This document shows positions 8,614 through 17,490 of a stretch of 64,000 nt of DNA, in pieces. The position numbers and the translations under genes are program-made. Location of the stretch: the NCBI GenBank assembly GCA_964591125.1, contig CAZQAC010000001.1, forward strand, positions 24,674 through 88,673. The letters are read 5' to 3'. Source of the stretch: an uncultured Lachnospiraceae bacterium (lineage in GTDB: Bacteria; Bacillota; Clostridia; Christensenellales; Pumilibacteraceae). The notes beneath the pieces are model-generated. The model saw only the letters and a program-made list of their open reading frames with translations, did not search any database and was not told the DNA's origin. Within the stretch, counting starts at the first letter, position 1, and each line of letters starts with the position of its first letter.

Positions 8614-11600
8614 TTAAAGTGTATTGACTTCTCGAAGTCTTACGTCGCATTTCTCGTCGGATACAAATATATTAAATTTCATATTCTTTGCAGTCGGAGC
8701 GAGCTTAACCGTATATTTTCCCGTATATTTATTTGAGAAAAAGCCTTTCTTCAACTGTATCGGCTCGATACGTTCAACAAGTTCTCCTTCCGTTTTATCG
8801 ATCGGACGAGGATATCCTTTTATTAAAAGCAAAGAAGGTATCGTAACTTCGGAATTTGCTTCGAATAAAATATTTAATTTAAATTGTTTTAACGCCGAAA
8901 CAGAATAATCGAGTTTATAATGAACGAATACTTTTTCTCTTTCGCCCAAAACTTCATCTATCACAAACGGCTGAGAATAAGATAAAATTCCGTTTAATCT
9001 AAATTCAGAAAAAACCGAAACGTAACTCAGCGTATTTGCTTTTAGTTTTAATTCAGCTTTGCCGTCTCGAACAAAATCGACGCGTTTATATCTAAAACAT
9101 TCGCCGTCATCCTCCATCGTTTTCGGGAAAGCTTTGTTGCTCACTTTCAAAACTAAATTTTCGGCTTTTTCGTTTATATTGCCCTTAACAACAAGCGAAC
9201 CCGACAGCAACTCGTATTCGAGCGCCTGACCTTTTATTGTATTGAAAACAATCGGCTCCGAAATTATAAATAATTGCTCGTTTTGAGCAACCGGATACAA
9301 CCAACCGATTTTTCCTTCGGGCAGATTAACAAGAGTATTTCCTTCTATATCCACAGACGTAGATAATTTCGTTAAACCTTTCGCCACCGTGCCAAAATCC
9401 GCAAGCCTCTGCGTTTTATTATACGGTAACGGTTGTTTGCTCTCGGAATAAAACATGCTTATCGCGTTAGCATTTTCGTCGCTGTTAAAAATATACTGGT
9501 TTCCGTGTGCAAATGTAATTCTTGCGTTTGTAATTTTATTTAATACTTTAAACGGGGTAAATACCGATCTGATACCTCGCGACAATATCTCATTTCCGTC
9601 GACGACGTATTCGCAAACAATTAAATATGCCGCTTCTCCCGAAACGTCGTAATCGGCAAAACCGGACAAATCGCAAGAAACAGATTCGCCGTCACCGATC
9701 TTCTCGGGGGCGATATTGCCTCTCTTCTTAAACACTTTGACAGCCTTGACGTTTTGCGGAGCTTTCCAGGTAACTTTTATACAATCATTAACTATTTCTT
9801 GATGGATCTGAGTAACCTCGGCGTAAATAATCGGCGCTTGAGTTGTAACTAATTTAGATTTAATTCCGCAACGATCGGCAAAAACCGCATAATAATATTT
9901 AGTCGCCGGAACGACTGCGAGATCTTCATAAAACATGATCGACAAATTTTCGGCAACAATCGATCCGTCATCCGGTCCGGTCGGACATACGCCTATTTTT
10001 TTAATTATCGTAAAACTTACGTTTTCCTGCGCAGCCGTAACCGACCATTCTATTTTCATGGAATTGCCGGAAATAAAAGTTCGCACTGAAGTCGGCGCAT
10101 TAGGAGGATATTTCTTTAAGATTGCTCTCGATTCTTCACAATCTTCGCATAATTCGTTAACTTTTACAGCATTCGCGATTGCCGTTTTAGAATCGTTTTT
10201 TTCCGCAGCCCCTTTTGCTATAGTAAGAAATTGACGAATCTTGCTCAGTTCCGTAGAAATCGAAGAAAGAAAAGCTGCCGTGCTGTTTGCATTATAGGTC
10301 AAATATTTTTGTTTTAACGTTTTTGCCAAAGCTTCCGCCGAAAAAAGCTTTTTTTCGGCAATGAGCTTCTTCAATTTTGCTTCGTCTTCTCGATAAGATT
10401 TACCTAGTTTTTCCTCTACCGCTTTAAGATTTTTAATCGAGTCTTCATAGCTTTTTATTTTCTTGCTTACAACCGAATTGGGCTTTGACAAATAATCGGG
10501 AAGAATATTACACAATTCAAGAAACGCGTTATCGAGTTTGGAAATATTCGGTTGCGATTGACTTAATAAAGCATCGATTTCGCTTGATTTTTGCTGCAAT
10601 TTTTCTTCCGTTTGCTTGGCGGCTCCGCAACTCGGACAAGTTTGCTTGTCTTTGGAATAAGCCATTCTTTCACCGCAATTCCAGCAAATGATTTCAAGAG
10701 GTTTACCGCAGTGAGGACAGCTTTTTGCGCCTTTTTTATAAATTTTGTTACAGTACGGACATGTATCGAAATTGCTCTCGTCTTCCTTGCCACTTACAAA
10801 CAACTTATAATAATTACAACCTACGGAAAGTATTTTTTCGGCTTCGTCAACGGTTACGCCAAGCGCGTCCACGGCAACCTGAACAAACTCCTCGTATTCT
10901 TCCATGGAAAGATTAAGACCGTAAACGTTTTTAAGTTTAAACTTTTCCCATATACTGTCTTTTAATTTTAAATAATAATCATAATTAGACCGATATTTTG
11001 CATCTTTATTTAGCAACAATTGCGTCATACTTCCGCACAGTCCGCTTATAGCTTGTTTTAATTTTAAATCGGCTGTTTTTGAAGCATTCGAATTCGCGGT
11101 TTTTATGGCAGCGGATATTTCGTCGCTTGTGGCATTAGCTTTAACCCCCAAAAACTCATATAAATCTCGCTTCTTTACCACTTTTAACATGTCTTCAACT
11201 TCTTTATATTTATTAAAAGGCATGCTTTTATCGATATTATCTATTATTTTAATACCTTGCTGCTGCAAATAATCGATTTTTGTTTTCAGCTCATCTAACG
11301 TAAAATAATTATTGGCTGCATGGCGAATGTTTTCCAAATCGCTAACCAAAATAAACTTTCGATTGGATTTCGTGCACATATCCTGAATTATTTCCACCGC
11401 TTCCGAAAGCTTGAATTCTTTTGCACGAGCAGCTTCCTCTTTACGAGCGCCTTTTTTCGGTTCGTAAACTTCACCGTTTAATTTAGCGTCGTTGCACATT
11501 ACTTCAAGAATATTTTCTCTAAGCTCCAAAAGTCGTTTTTTGTGCAAGTTAGTACCGCTGGCATCCCCAAGTATTGTTTTTACTTTTTGCTCGATATTCT

Positions 11601-11697
11601 TCGAATTGGTTTCAGTAATATCGAAAGCAAATGCAATAAAATAATTAAACTTCGGATCTTTTAATTCTTCCGCAGTTCTTTGTGCATGAACAGCCAT
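8614..11697 (-). CDS. 1027-aa multidomain protein: J-domain-like segment (no HPD), double zinc ribbon, coiled-coil region, beta-rich (Ig/FN3-like) C-terminal half
   Basis: RBS AGAGGAG. Residues ~177-240 (KKRDLYEFLGVKANATSDEISAAIK...) resemble J-domain helices I-II. Residues 313-357 are CPYC..CPHC..CWNC..CPSC. The C-terminal ~480 aa is rich in short beta-strand patterns. Confidence 0.8.
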   Translation of the reverse strand: MAVHAQRTAEELKDPKFNYFIAFAFDITETNSKNIEQKVKTILGDASGTNLHKKRLLELRENILEVMCNDAKLNGEVYEPKKGARKEEAARAKEFKLSEAVEIIQDMCTKSNRKFILVSDLENIRHAANNYFTLDELKTKIDYLQQQGIKIIDNIDKSMPFNKYKEVEDMLKVVKKRDLYEFLGVKANATSDEISAAIKTANSNASKTADLKLKQAISGLCGSMTQLLLNKDAKYRSNYDYYLKLKDSIWEKFKLKNVYGLNLSMEEYEEFVQVAVDALGVTVDEAEKILSVGCNYYKLFVSGKEDESNFDTCPYCNKIYKKGAKSCPHCGKPLEIICWNCGERMAYSKDKQTCPSCGAAKQTEEKLQQKSSEIDALLSQSQPNISKLDNAFLELCNILPDYLSKPNSVVSKKIKSYEDSIKNLKAVEEKLGKSYREDEAKLKKLIAEKKLFSAEALAKTLKQKYLTYNANSTAAFLSSISTELSKIRQFLTIAKGAAEKNDSKTAIANAVKVNELCEDCEESRAILKKYPPNAPTSVRTFISGNSMKIEWSVTAAQENVSFTIIKKIGVCPTGPDDGSIVAENLSIMFYEDLAVVPATKYYYAVFADRCGIKSKLVTTQAPIIYAEVTQIHQEIVNDCIKVTWKAPQNVKAVKVFKKRGNIAPEKIGDGESVSCDLSGFADYDVSGEAAYLIVCEYVVDGNEILSRGIRSVFTPFKVLNKITNARITFAHGNQYIFNSDENANAISMFYSESKQPLPYNKTQRLADFGTVAKGLTKLSTSVDIEGNTLVNLPEGKIGWLYPVAQNEQLFIISEPIVFNTIKGQALEYELLSGSLVVKGNINEKAENLVLKVSNKAFPKTMEDDGECFRYKRVDFVRDGKAELKLKANTLSYVSVFSEFRLNGILSYSQPFVIDEVLGEREKVFVHYKLDYSVSALKQFKLNILFEANSEVTIPSLLLIKGYPRPIDKTEGELVERIEPIQLKKGFFSNKYTGKYTVKLAPTAKNMKFNIFVSDEKCDVRLREVNTL

Positions 11698-11740
11698 GTT
11701 TTAACTCCTCTTTTGTATTTTGATTGTTTTTGGGGTTCGT

Positions 11741-14131
11741 TTAGAATTTAAATTTATTACCCAAAAAATTAGAATTCTTCAATTTTTGTTCTTTATGATA
11801 ACCAAATCTTTCAACGTTTGCAAGCCAAGCCGCAGCATTAACGACATATCTGTCCGTCCCCGCACTCTCCCATTTGCAATAAAGTCGAGTATAACCGCCA
11901 TCCGCCAACACGCGTCTTCCGTTATCGTCGCAACAAGCCGTAACTACGCCCAGATCGGAGCCGTATACCAAAGGCTTTAATATGCTTGTCGTATGCACGT
12001 CCGCGATTGTTTCTCCTTCATAAAAGTTTACCAATCCCGTTGTTATCGGATGATTTTCTATAATTCCGGGTTGTCCCGCCGTGTGCTGTATCGATATAAC
12101 CTTGCATCCGTGTAAATTACCGTCCATATATGTTCCGAACAATCTATCCAAAATAGCATTTGCATCCACATACCACGGATCATTGTCGCCCCACAAGTAA
12201 ATGCCGTGACCTTTTTGATAATAATCGTAAATAAGCTCTAAACATCTGTCGTCAATGTGACGCTTTACTCCGGAGATTACCCATAATTGAGAATCAGGTT
12301 CCGACAAAATACTTTTCAAAGACAAATACGATGGCGTTTCGCTATATTCTTGCACTTCAAAGCCTTTTCTTGCCAATGCAACTTTGGGCTTTCCCATAAT
12401 ATCATCATAAGTTCCGCTTGTTCCGTCATTGCCGAAATTCAAAACGATAATTTTATAGCCCTTAAACGCTCCGTCTTTCGCAAGATCGAATTCTCCGCCT
12501 TGCGGATTGCCGTATCGGTCGGTTGTAGTCGAAGGTATGTTGCTGATTCCCGCCCATTGAGTGTACGGGGTATTCATCGCTTGTTTATATTCTGCTTCCA
12601 ATTTATCGCAAATAGAATCCAAAGATTCCGTAATACTTACTCTTTGCACAGGCAAAGGGTTTCCGTTAGAATCTTTGGCGGTAACTTCCACAACGCCGTT
12701 TTGGTTGTATAAAAACGCAACCGAAAAATCATTTTGAACCCCTTTTTTCAGGTTGCTTAAGACATATTTATCCAAAAGCAAACATTCGTAAGGATTTTCG
12801 GATTCGCCTTGCAAAACATAAATCTCGGTAGAATCACTTTTGACGTTATACTTCTTTTCTTTTGCAATGCCGATTTTACTGTTTTTTTCAAGTATAATGC
12901 TGTTTATAAATTTAACACTCGTTTCGCTTATAGCCGAAGTAGCAAGCAATCCGAGACTGTGCGCGGTTATGTCTTTAATGTCGGAATTGTGAATAGTCAA
13001 AGCCATCGGTTGACTGCTTCCGTTTTTGGACGGTCCCATCAAAGTAATTACGTTGTTTACGCAAAGTTCGGCTTGCATTGCCGCACCGGTCGCAACAATC
13101 GTATCAACGTTTATATCTTTGGTTACAGGCGCTTTTCCGTATTCTTTTATAATCCTTTCTTTTACTTGCGGCATTCTCGTCGAACCGCCCACAAGCACGA
13201 CTTCGTCGATGTCTTTCCAACCGAAAGGACGTTGTTGTTGAACACTAATTTCTTCGAAACACCTATCTATAAGCAAAAAGGTTTCGTTTAATAAGCTTTC
13301 CGTTCTTTCTTCGAACATTTCCTTCGTAACTTCGTATTTTCCGCTACAACCTTCGCACGATGCCTGTATCAACGTTGTTGCAACCGACGAAAGTCTTTTT
13401 TTGGCATCTTCGCATTTAACCTGTAACTCTTTGAAATCATCCGAATGAGAACGAATGTCGATGCCGAACTCCGAATAAAATTGATCAATAACTTCGTTGA
13501 TCAAAACATCGTCCCAATTCATTCCGCCCAATTGATGATTACCGTTGGTTGCCGTTACGTTTATACCTGTTCCTTCAACGTGCGCGATAGTTACGTCAAA
13601 CGTACCTCCGCCGAGATCGTATACCATTACGTTTTTATTTTTATCGCCTGTCAAACCGTACGCGATTATTGCCGAAGTAGGTTCGTTGATAATTTTCAAC
13701 ACGTTCAATCCCGCTTTTTGAGCCGCACGCATTGTTGCTTCTCTTTGCTTATTGTCAAAATAAGCCGGAACGGTTATTACGGCGTTTTCGATCGTCACAT
13801 CGTTTGTTTGTTCGATATCCTTCTTCAATTCAGAAAGAAAAAGTCCTGACAAATCTTCTGCAGAATATTCCGTATCTTCCAAATATGCGCTATAACACGG
13901 GTTACACATCATGCTCTTATAAAAAGCAGCTGTATTTATATTACCGGATTTCTGTTCGTTTTTTGCGTCTTCACCAATCAACACGTTTCCGTTATCTAAG
14001 CACACAACAGACGGCGTTGTTTCTTTGCCCAAACTGTTTTTTAATACTTCGACACGATTATTTTGTTTAGAAAATACCGCTACAGCCGAATAAGTTGTTC
14101 CGAGATCTATTCCGACGTTTATTTTTTTCAT
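11741..14131 (-). CDS. Hsp70/DnaK-family ATPase with a ~260-aa non-canonical C-terminal extension
   Basis: Start at ATG 14131 ([24 protein letters not shown]); the ORF-track start 14143 is a TTG. Hsp70 signatures present: [30 protein letters not shown]. The C-terminal ~260 aa is unlike an Hsp70 lid. Confidence 0.9.
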   Translation of the reverse strand: MKKINVGIDLGTTYSAVAVFSKQNNRVEVLKNSLGKETTPSVVCLDNGNVLIGEDAKNEQKSGNINTAAFYKSMMCNPCYSAYLEDTEYSAEDLSGLFLSELKKDIEQTNDVTIENAVITVPAYFDNKQREATMRAAQKAGLNVLKIINEPTSAIIAYGLTGDKNKNVMVYDLGGGTFDVTIAHVEGTGINVTATNGNHQLGGMNWDDVLINEVIDQFYSEFGIDIRSHSDDFKELQVKCEDAKKRLSSVATTLIQASCEGCSGKYEVTKEMFEERTESLLNETFLLIDRCFEEISVQQQRPFGWKDIDEVVLVGGSTRMPQVKERIIKEYGKAPVTKDINVDTIVATGAAMQAELCVNNVITLMGPSKNGSSQPMALTIHNSDIKDITAHSLGLLATSAISETSVKFINSIILEKNSKIGIAKEKKYNVKSDSTEIYVLQGESENPYECLLLDKYVLSNLKKGVQNDFSVAFLYNQNGVVEVTAKDSNGNPLPVQRVSITESLDSICDKLEAEYKQAMNTPYTQWAGISNIPSTTTDRYGNPQGGEFDLAKDGAFKGYKIIVLNFGNDGTSGTYDDIMGKPKVALARKGFEVQEYSETPSYLSLKSILSEPDSQLWVISGVKRHIDDRCLELIYDYYQKGHGIYLWGDNDPWYVDANAILDRLFGTYMDGNLHGCKVISIQHTAGQPGIIENHPITTGLVNFYEGETIADVHTTSILKPLVYGSDLGVVTACCDDNGRRVLADGGYTRLYCKWESAGTDRYVVNAAAWLANVERFGYHKEQKLKNSNFLGNKFKF

Positions 14132-14162
14132 TTTTTTCTCCAATGTTTTTAACTAAAAGAGC

Positions 14163-14221
14163 AGGCTGCAAAACGATTTTACGATGATTACGATAATTCG
14201 GTAAAATATTTTTTGCAGCCT
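14163..14221 (-). promoter_or_regulatory. Intra-operon stem-loop in the 212-nt gap between the two Hsp70 genes (possible attenuator, partial terminator or processing site)
   Basis: aggctgcaaaa (14163-14173) pairs perfectly with ttttgcagcct (14211-14221), with a 37-nt loop. On the minus strand the stem is followed by gctcttttag. No classic U-run. Confidence 0.3.
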
Positions 14222-14343
14222 TGCCGATTTTAGTACGACTTTTTATTGTTAAGGTTAAAAAGATAAATAATTATAACTTTTTTCGATACATTACAAAACC
14301 GATAGCCGACGTCACGATTTTCACCGCAACGAAAATTATCAAA

Positions 14344-16002
14344 TTATTTTAATGTCATAGCGGAAACCGCAGCCATACCTTCTTGATTAGACTCTTCGCT
14401 CTTAAGTCTCGGATGCATTTCATATGTTTTATTGTTTTTCAAATCCGTCAATTTAAGAGTAATCAAACTATTTGCGTCAACATTCATCTCTATCGAAACC
14501 GGCGTATTTCCGGGAACCGAATTTTCAAGCTTAATAGGCTCTTCCGCATAAATCTCATTACATATATCAAGTTCCACAACTCTTTCGAGACTATCGCTTT
14601 CAAGAACAAGGATTTCTATCGAATCGATAGGCGTAGGGTCATTGGAAAACACCAACGAAAAATAATCCGCAGATGCACCGTAGGCCGGTTTTTGCGTATC
14701 TTTTATAATCAAATTGAGAACTTTATTCCTTTGAGCTTTTTGATCAAAAAAACGGAATCCGTAAGATTTTGTTACGTTTTCTATGAATTCGGTGTTTCCG
14801 ATTTTCGTTCCGCCGTTTTCGGTAGTCTCTATCAAAGAAAGAACGTTCGATAACGCGGAACCGGATTCCTGCGAAAGCGATTCGAGTATTTCTCCGTTTT
14901 CGTTTTGGAAAGAATATTCGTTGGCAACAAGAGCCGCGCCCATCGCAACAGCTTTATTGGGTTCGTACTGAGCAAGCGGTTTACCATATTCTTGTTCAAG
15001 CTTTTTCGATACCTGCGGCATATAAGTAGAACCGCCTACAAGAATAATTTCGTCGATATCGTTTATGCTCATGCTTTTTGCCGCTAACATTTCATTCACA
15101 AGCAATATGGTTTCTTCAAGCTTGCCGGATGTAACCTCGTCGAATTCTTGACGGGTTACCTCTATTTTCTGTCTTTGACCGTCGAAACTCGGAGTTAAAG
15201 ACGTCGATTCGCGGCTCGTAAGCATCTTCTTTGCTTTTTCGATATTTTCCGAAAACCAAGCGACGCACTCCGGATCGTTTTTCATTTCTGTCTCATCGCA
15301 ACCGGTTTCTTCGCAGAATTTTTCTCGAACGAGGTTTGCAAAAGCTTCGTCCCAATCCTTTCCGCCAAGCTGATGATTTCCGCCGGTCGTAATAACGCTG
15401 ACCGTTTTTTCTCCGCTCGCGATTTTAAGCTTCATAACCGTACAGTCGAACGTACCGCCGCCGAGATCGTATATAAGAACAGTTTTGTCCATGTCCTCCT
15501 TTCTCGAATCGGCATATGCGATTGCAGCCGAAGTCGGCTCGTCCAATATTCTGAGTACGTTTAATTTTTTTCCGTTTGAAAGTTCGACGTTTTCGCCGGC
15601 GAATTTAGTAGCGTTCTTTGCTTCGACTCCGAAATAAGCAGGAACTGTTATTACGGCACCGTCAATCTCTTCGCCTATGGCACTTTCCGCATCGGCAATC
15701 AACTTCTTCAAAATCAATGTCGAAACAGCCGCAGACGAATATTCCGTTCCGTTTGCAAAGAAACGATAATCAGCATTACCCATAAAGTTTTTTACTCTTT
15801 CGCAAAGACAGTCAGGATTCATTGCGCCTTCCGCTCTTGCCGTAGAACCAACAACCGCGCTTCCGTCCGGATCGAAATAAACGACCGAAGGAGTAGTTTG
15901 CTCGCCCTCCATATTGTCCACTATTCTTAAAACTCCGTTGTCATCGACATAGCTTACGCAAGAATACGTAGTTCCCAAATCTATTCCTATTTTCTTACTC
16001 AT
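14344..16002 (-). CDS. Hsp70/DnaK-family ATPase (552 aa, truncated substrate-binding region)
   Basis: RBS AAGGAGA. Signatures [31 protein letters not shown]. About 60-90 aa shorter than canonical DnaK and lacks the helical lid and EEVD-type tail. Confidence 0.9.
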   Translation of the reverse strand: MSKKIGIDLGTTYSCVSYVDDNGVLRIVDNMEGEQTTPSVVYFDPDGSAVVGSTARAEGAMNPDCLCERVKNFMGNADYRFFANGTEYSSAAVSTLILKKLIADAESAIGEEIDGAVITVPAYFGVEAKNATKFAGENVELSNGKKLNVLRILDEPTSAAIAYADSRKEDMDKTVLIYDLGGGTFDCTVMKLKIASGEKTVSVITTGGNHQLGGKDWDEAFANLVREKFCEETGCDETEMKNDPECVAWFSENIEKAKKMLTSRESTSLTPSFDGQRQKIEVTRQEFDEVTSGKLEETILLVNEMLAAKSMSINDIDEIILVGGSTYMPQVSKKLEQEYGKPLAQYEPNKAVAMGAALVANEYSFQNENGEILESLSQESGSALSNVLSLIETTENGGTKIGNTEFIENVTKSYGFRFFDQKAQRNKVLNLIIKDTQKPAYGASADYFSLVFSNDPTPIDSIEILVLESDSLERVVELDICNEIYAEEPIKLENSVPGNTPVSIEMNVDANSLITLKLTDLKNNKTYEMHPRLKSEESNQEGMAAVSAMTLK

Positions 16003-16034
16003 AAATTTTTTCTCCTTATGAAATAATTAACTTT

Positions 16035-16322
16035 TTAACTTTTGTTTGCTTCGTTCCAAAGCTTATCGTATTCGTCAAACACCGCATCTATTACGGCATC
16101 GTCAAGCTCTATTTCAAAACTACTTTCGCCGTTTTTCTGCGTTACTTTAAAAACCAACGCTTCGTCTTCGTCCATGCCTTCAAGTAGTTCTACAGGTTGC
16201 AATATAGCATAAAAATCGCCTCGATATTGTATCCCGGCAATCTCTATAAAATCTATATCTTCGCCATTTGCACTTTTTAACGTAACAATATCGTCTTCAC
16301 AATAATCATGATCAGCAATCAT
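16035..16322 (-). CDS. DUF1292-like small acidic protein (95 aa)
   Basis: Start at ATG 16322 (MIADHDY, RBS GGAGAAGG); the ORF-track start 16343 is a TTG. Pattern IVTL..NGEDIDFIEIAGIQY..FYAILQPV...ALVFKV is typical of DUF1292. Confidence 0.75.
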   Translation of the reverse strand: MIADHDYCEDDIVTLKSANGEDIDFIEIAGIQYRGDFYAILQPVELLEGMDEDEALVFKVTQKNGESSFEIELDDAVIDAVFDEYDKLWNEANKS

Positions 16323-16355
16323 TGTCCTTCTCCTATTTTCCAAACCGTTTAGTCG

Positions 16356-16868
16356 TCATTTTTTCCAAGTTTTTTTAATTTTCCTAAAAACTCGCCGCAT
16401 TATAAGGAACGAAATCAATCCGCCTACTGCGCTAAACAAAGCAATACCGATCCCGCCAGAGACAAGAAGAACTATTGCCGAAACAGAATTAAAAACAAAA
16501 AAAACCGCGCTGATTATTAATATTACGCTCAAAAAAATGGTTTTTAAGCCTTTCCCAGCTGTTTTCGTGGCAACATGAGCTGTTTCTGCAAACGTGTTTT
16601 GCTCATTTTTAATTTTCTTGTTACCCGACTGATTTATAAGTTTATCATATTCTAAGAACACTGCGTCCAAAACGTTTTCGTCGCGTTCGAGCAGATAATT
16701 ATTTTTTCCGTTTTCATACAATACTTTGTAAACCGAAATTTTCTCGTCTCCGTTTACAGATCTTAATATTGCATAAAATTCGTCTCGATATTGTATCCAA
16801 GCTAACTTTACAAAATCGACCGATTCGCCGTATTCGTTTTTTATTGTAATAATATCATCATCAGCCAT
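16356..16868 (-). CDS. DUF1292-like domain fused to a C-terminal two-TM anchor (170 aa)
   Basis: RBS AGGTGA. N-terminal IITIKNEYGESVDFVKLAWIQYRDEFYAILRSV. The C-terminal 60 aa is hydrophobic, followed by a basic tail (RRVFRKIKKTWKK). Confidence 0.75.
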   Translation of the reverse strand: MADDDIITIKNEYGESVDFVKLAWIQYRDEFYAILRSVNGDEKISVYKVLYENGKNNYLLERDENVLDAVFLEYDKLINQSGNKKIKNEQNTFAETAHVATKTAGKGLKTIFLSVILIISAVFFVFNSVSAIVLLVSGGIGIALFSAVGGLISFLIMRRVFRKIKKTWKK

Positions 16869-16914
16869 TATTTTTCACCTAAAATTGATAAAGTTTAAAT
16901 TGATGTTACTAAAA

Positions 16915-17457
16915 TTATTTTTTCGATATAGTCTTAATAAACTTTTTAAGCGACCAACGTCCGACTAAAAACGAAATTACTCCGAAAATCGCGCAACCGA
17001 GCAATTGCGAAAAATCAAACGGATCGCATCCGTCTTGTACCGAAACGCATGCCGCAATAAAAACGACGGCGCATTGGAATGTAATTGCGCCCCATAAAAC
17101 AGCCATAACGATTTTCGAAGTTTTCTTTGCCGCCGCTTGAATATTATTAAAGGCGTTTCCCTTGCCTTGCGATTTTTTGACTTTGCCGCCGTTGTTAGAT
17201 GCGTTCCAAAGCTTATCGTATTCCTTGAACACCGCATCTATCACGCTATCGTCAAGCTCTATTTCAAAACTCTCTTCGCCGTTTTTCTGCGTTACTTTAA
17301 AAACCAACGCCTCGTCGTCTCCCATGCCTTCAAGAAGCTTGACGGGTTGCAATATAGCGTAAATATTGCCTTTGTATTGTATTGCGGCTATTTTTTCAAA
17401 ATCGATATTTTCGCCGTTCGCGCTTACTAAAGTGATTATGTTATCGTTATTTGCCAT
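16915..17457 (-). CDS. DUF1292-like domain fused to a C-terminal two-TM anchor (180 aa)
   Basis: RBS GGAGAA. N-terminal IITLVSANGENIDFEKIAAIQYKGNIYAILQPV. Hydrophobic C-terminus with a basic tail. About 165 bp of its DNA is ~89% identical to 16035..16322. Confidence 0.75.
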   Translation of the reverse strand: MANNDNIITLVSANGENIDFEKIAAIQYKGNIYAILQPVKLLEGMGDDEALVFKVTQKNGEESFEIELDDSVIDAVFKEYDKLWNASNNGGKVKKSQGKGNAFNNIQAAAKKTSKIVMAVLWGAITFQCAVVFIAACVSVQDGCDPFDFSQLLGCAIFGVISFLVGRWSLKKFIKTISKK

Positions 17458-17490
17458 CTTTCCAATTCTCCAAAATATTTTTAATTTTTA

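Noticed and set aside
8597-8650. 37-nt overlap between the 1027-aa gene and the soluble GTPase ORF
   Set aside because: This is an artefact of the longest-ORF call. The ATG at 8596 has a strong RBS and begins exactly at the zinc-ribbon motif, leaving a normal 17-nt gap.
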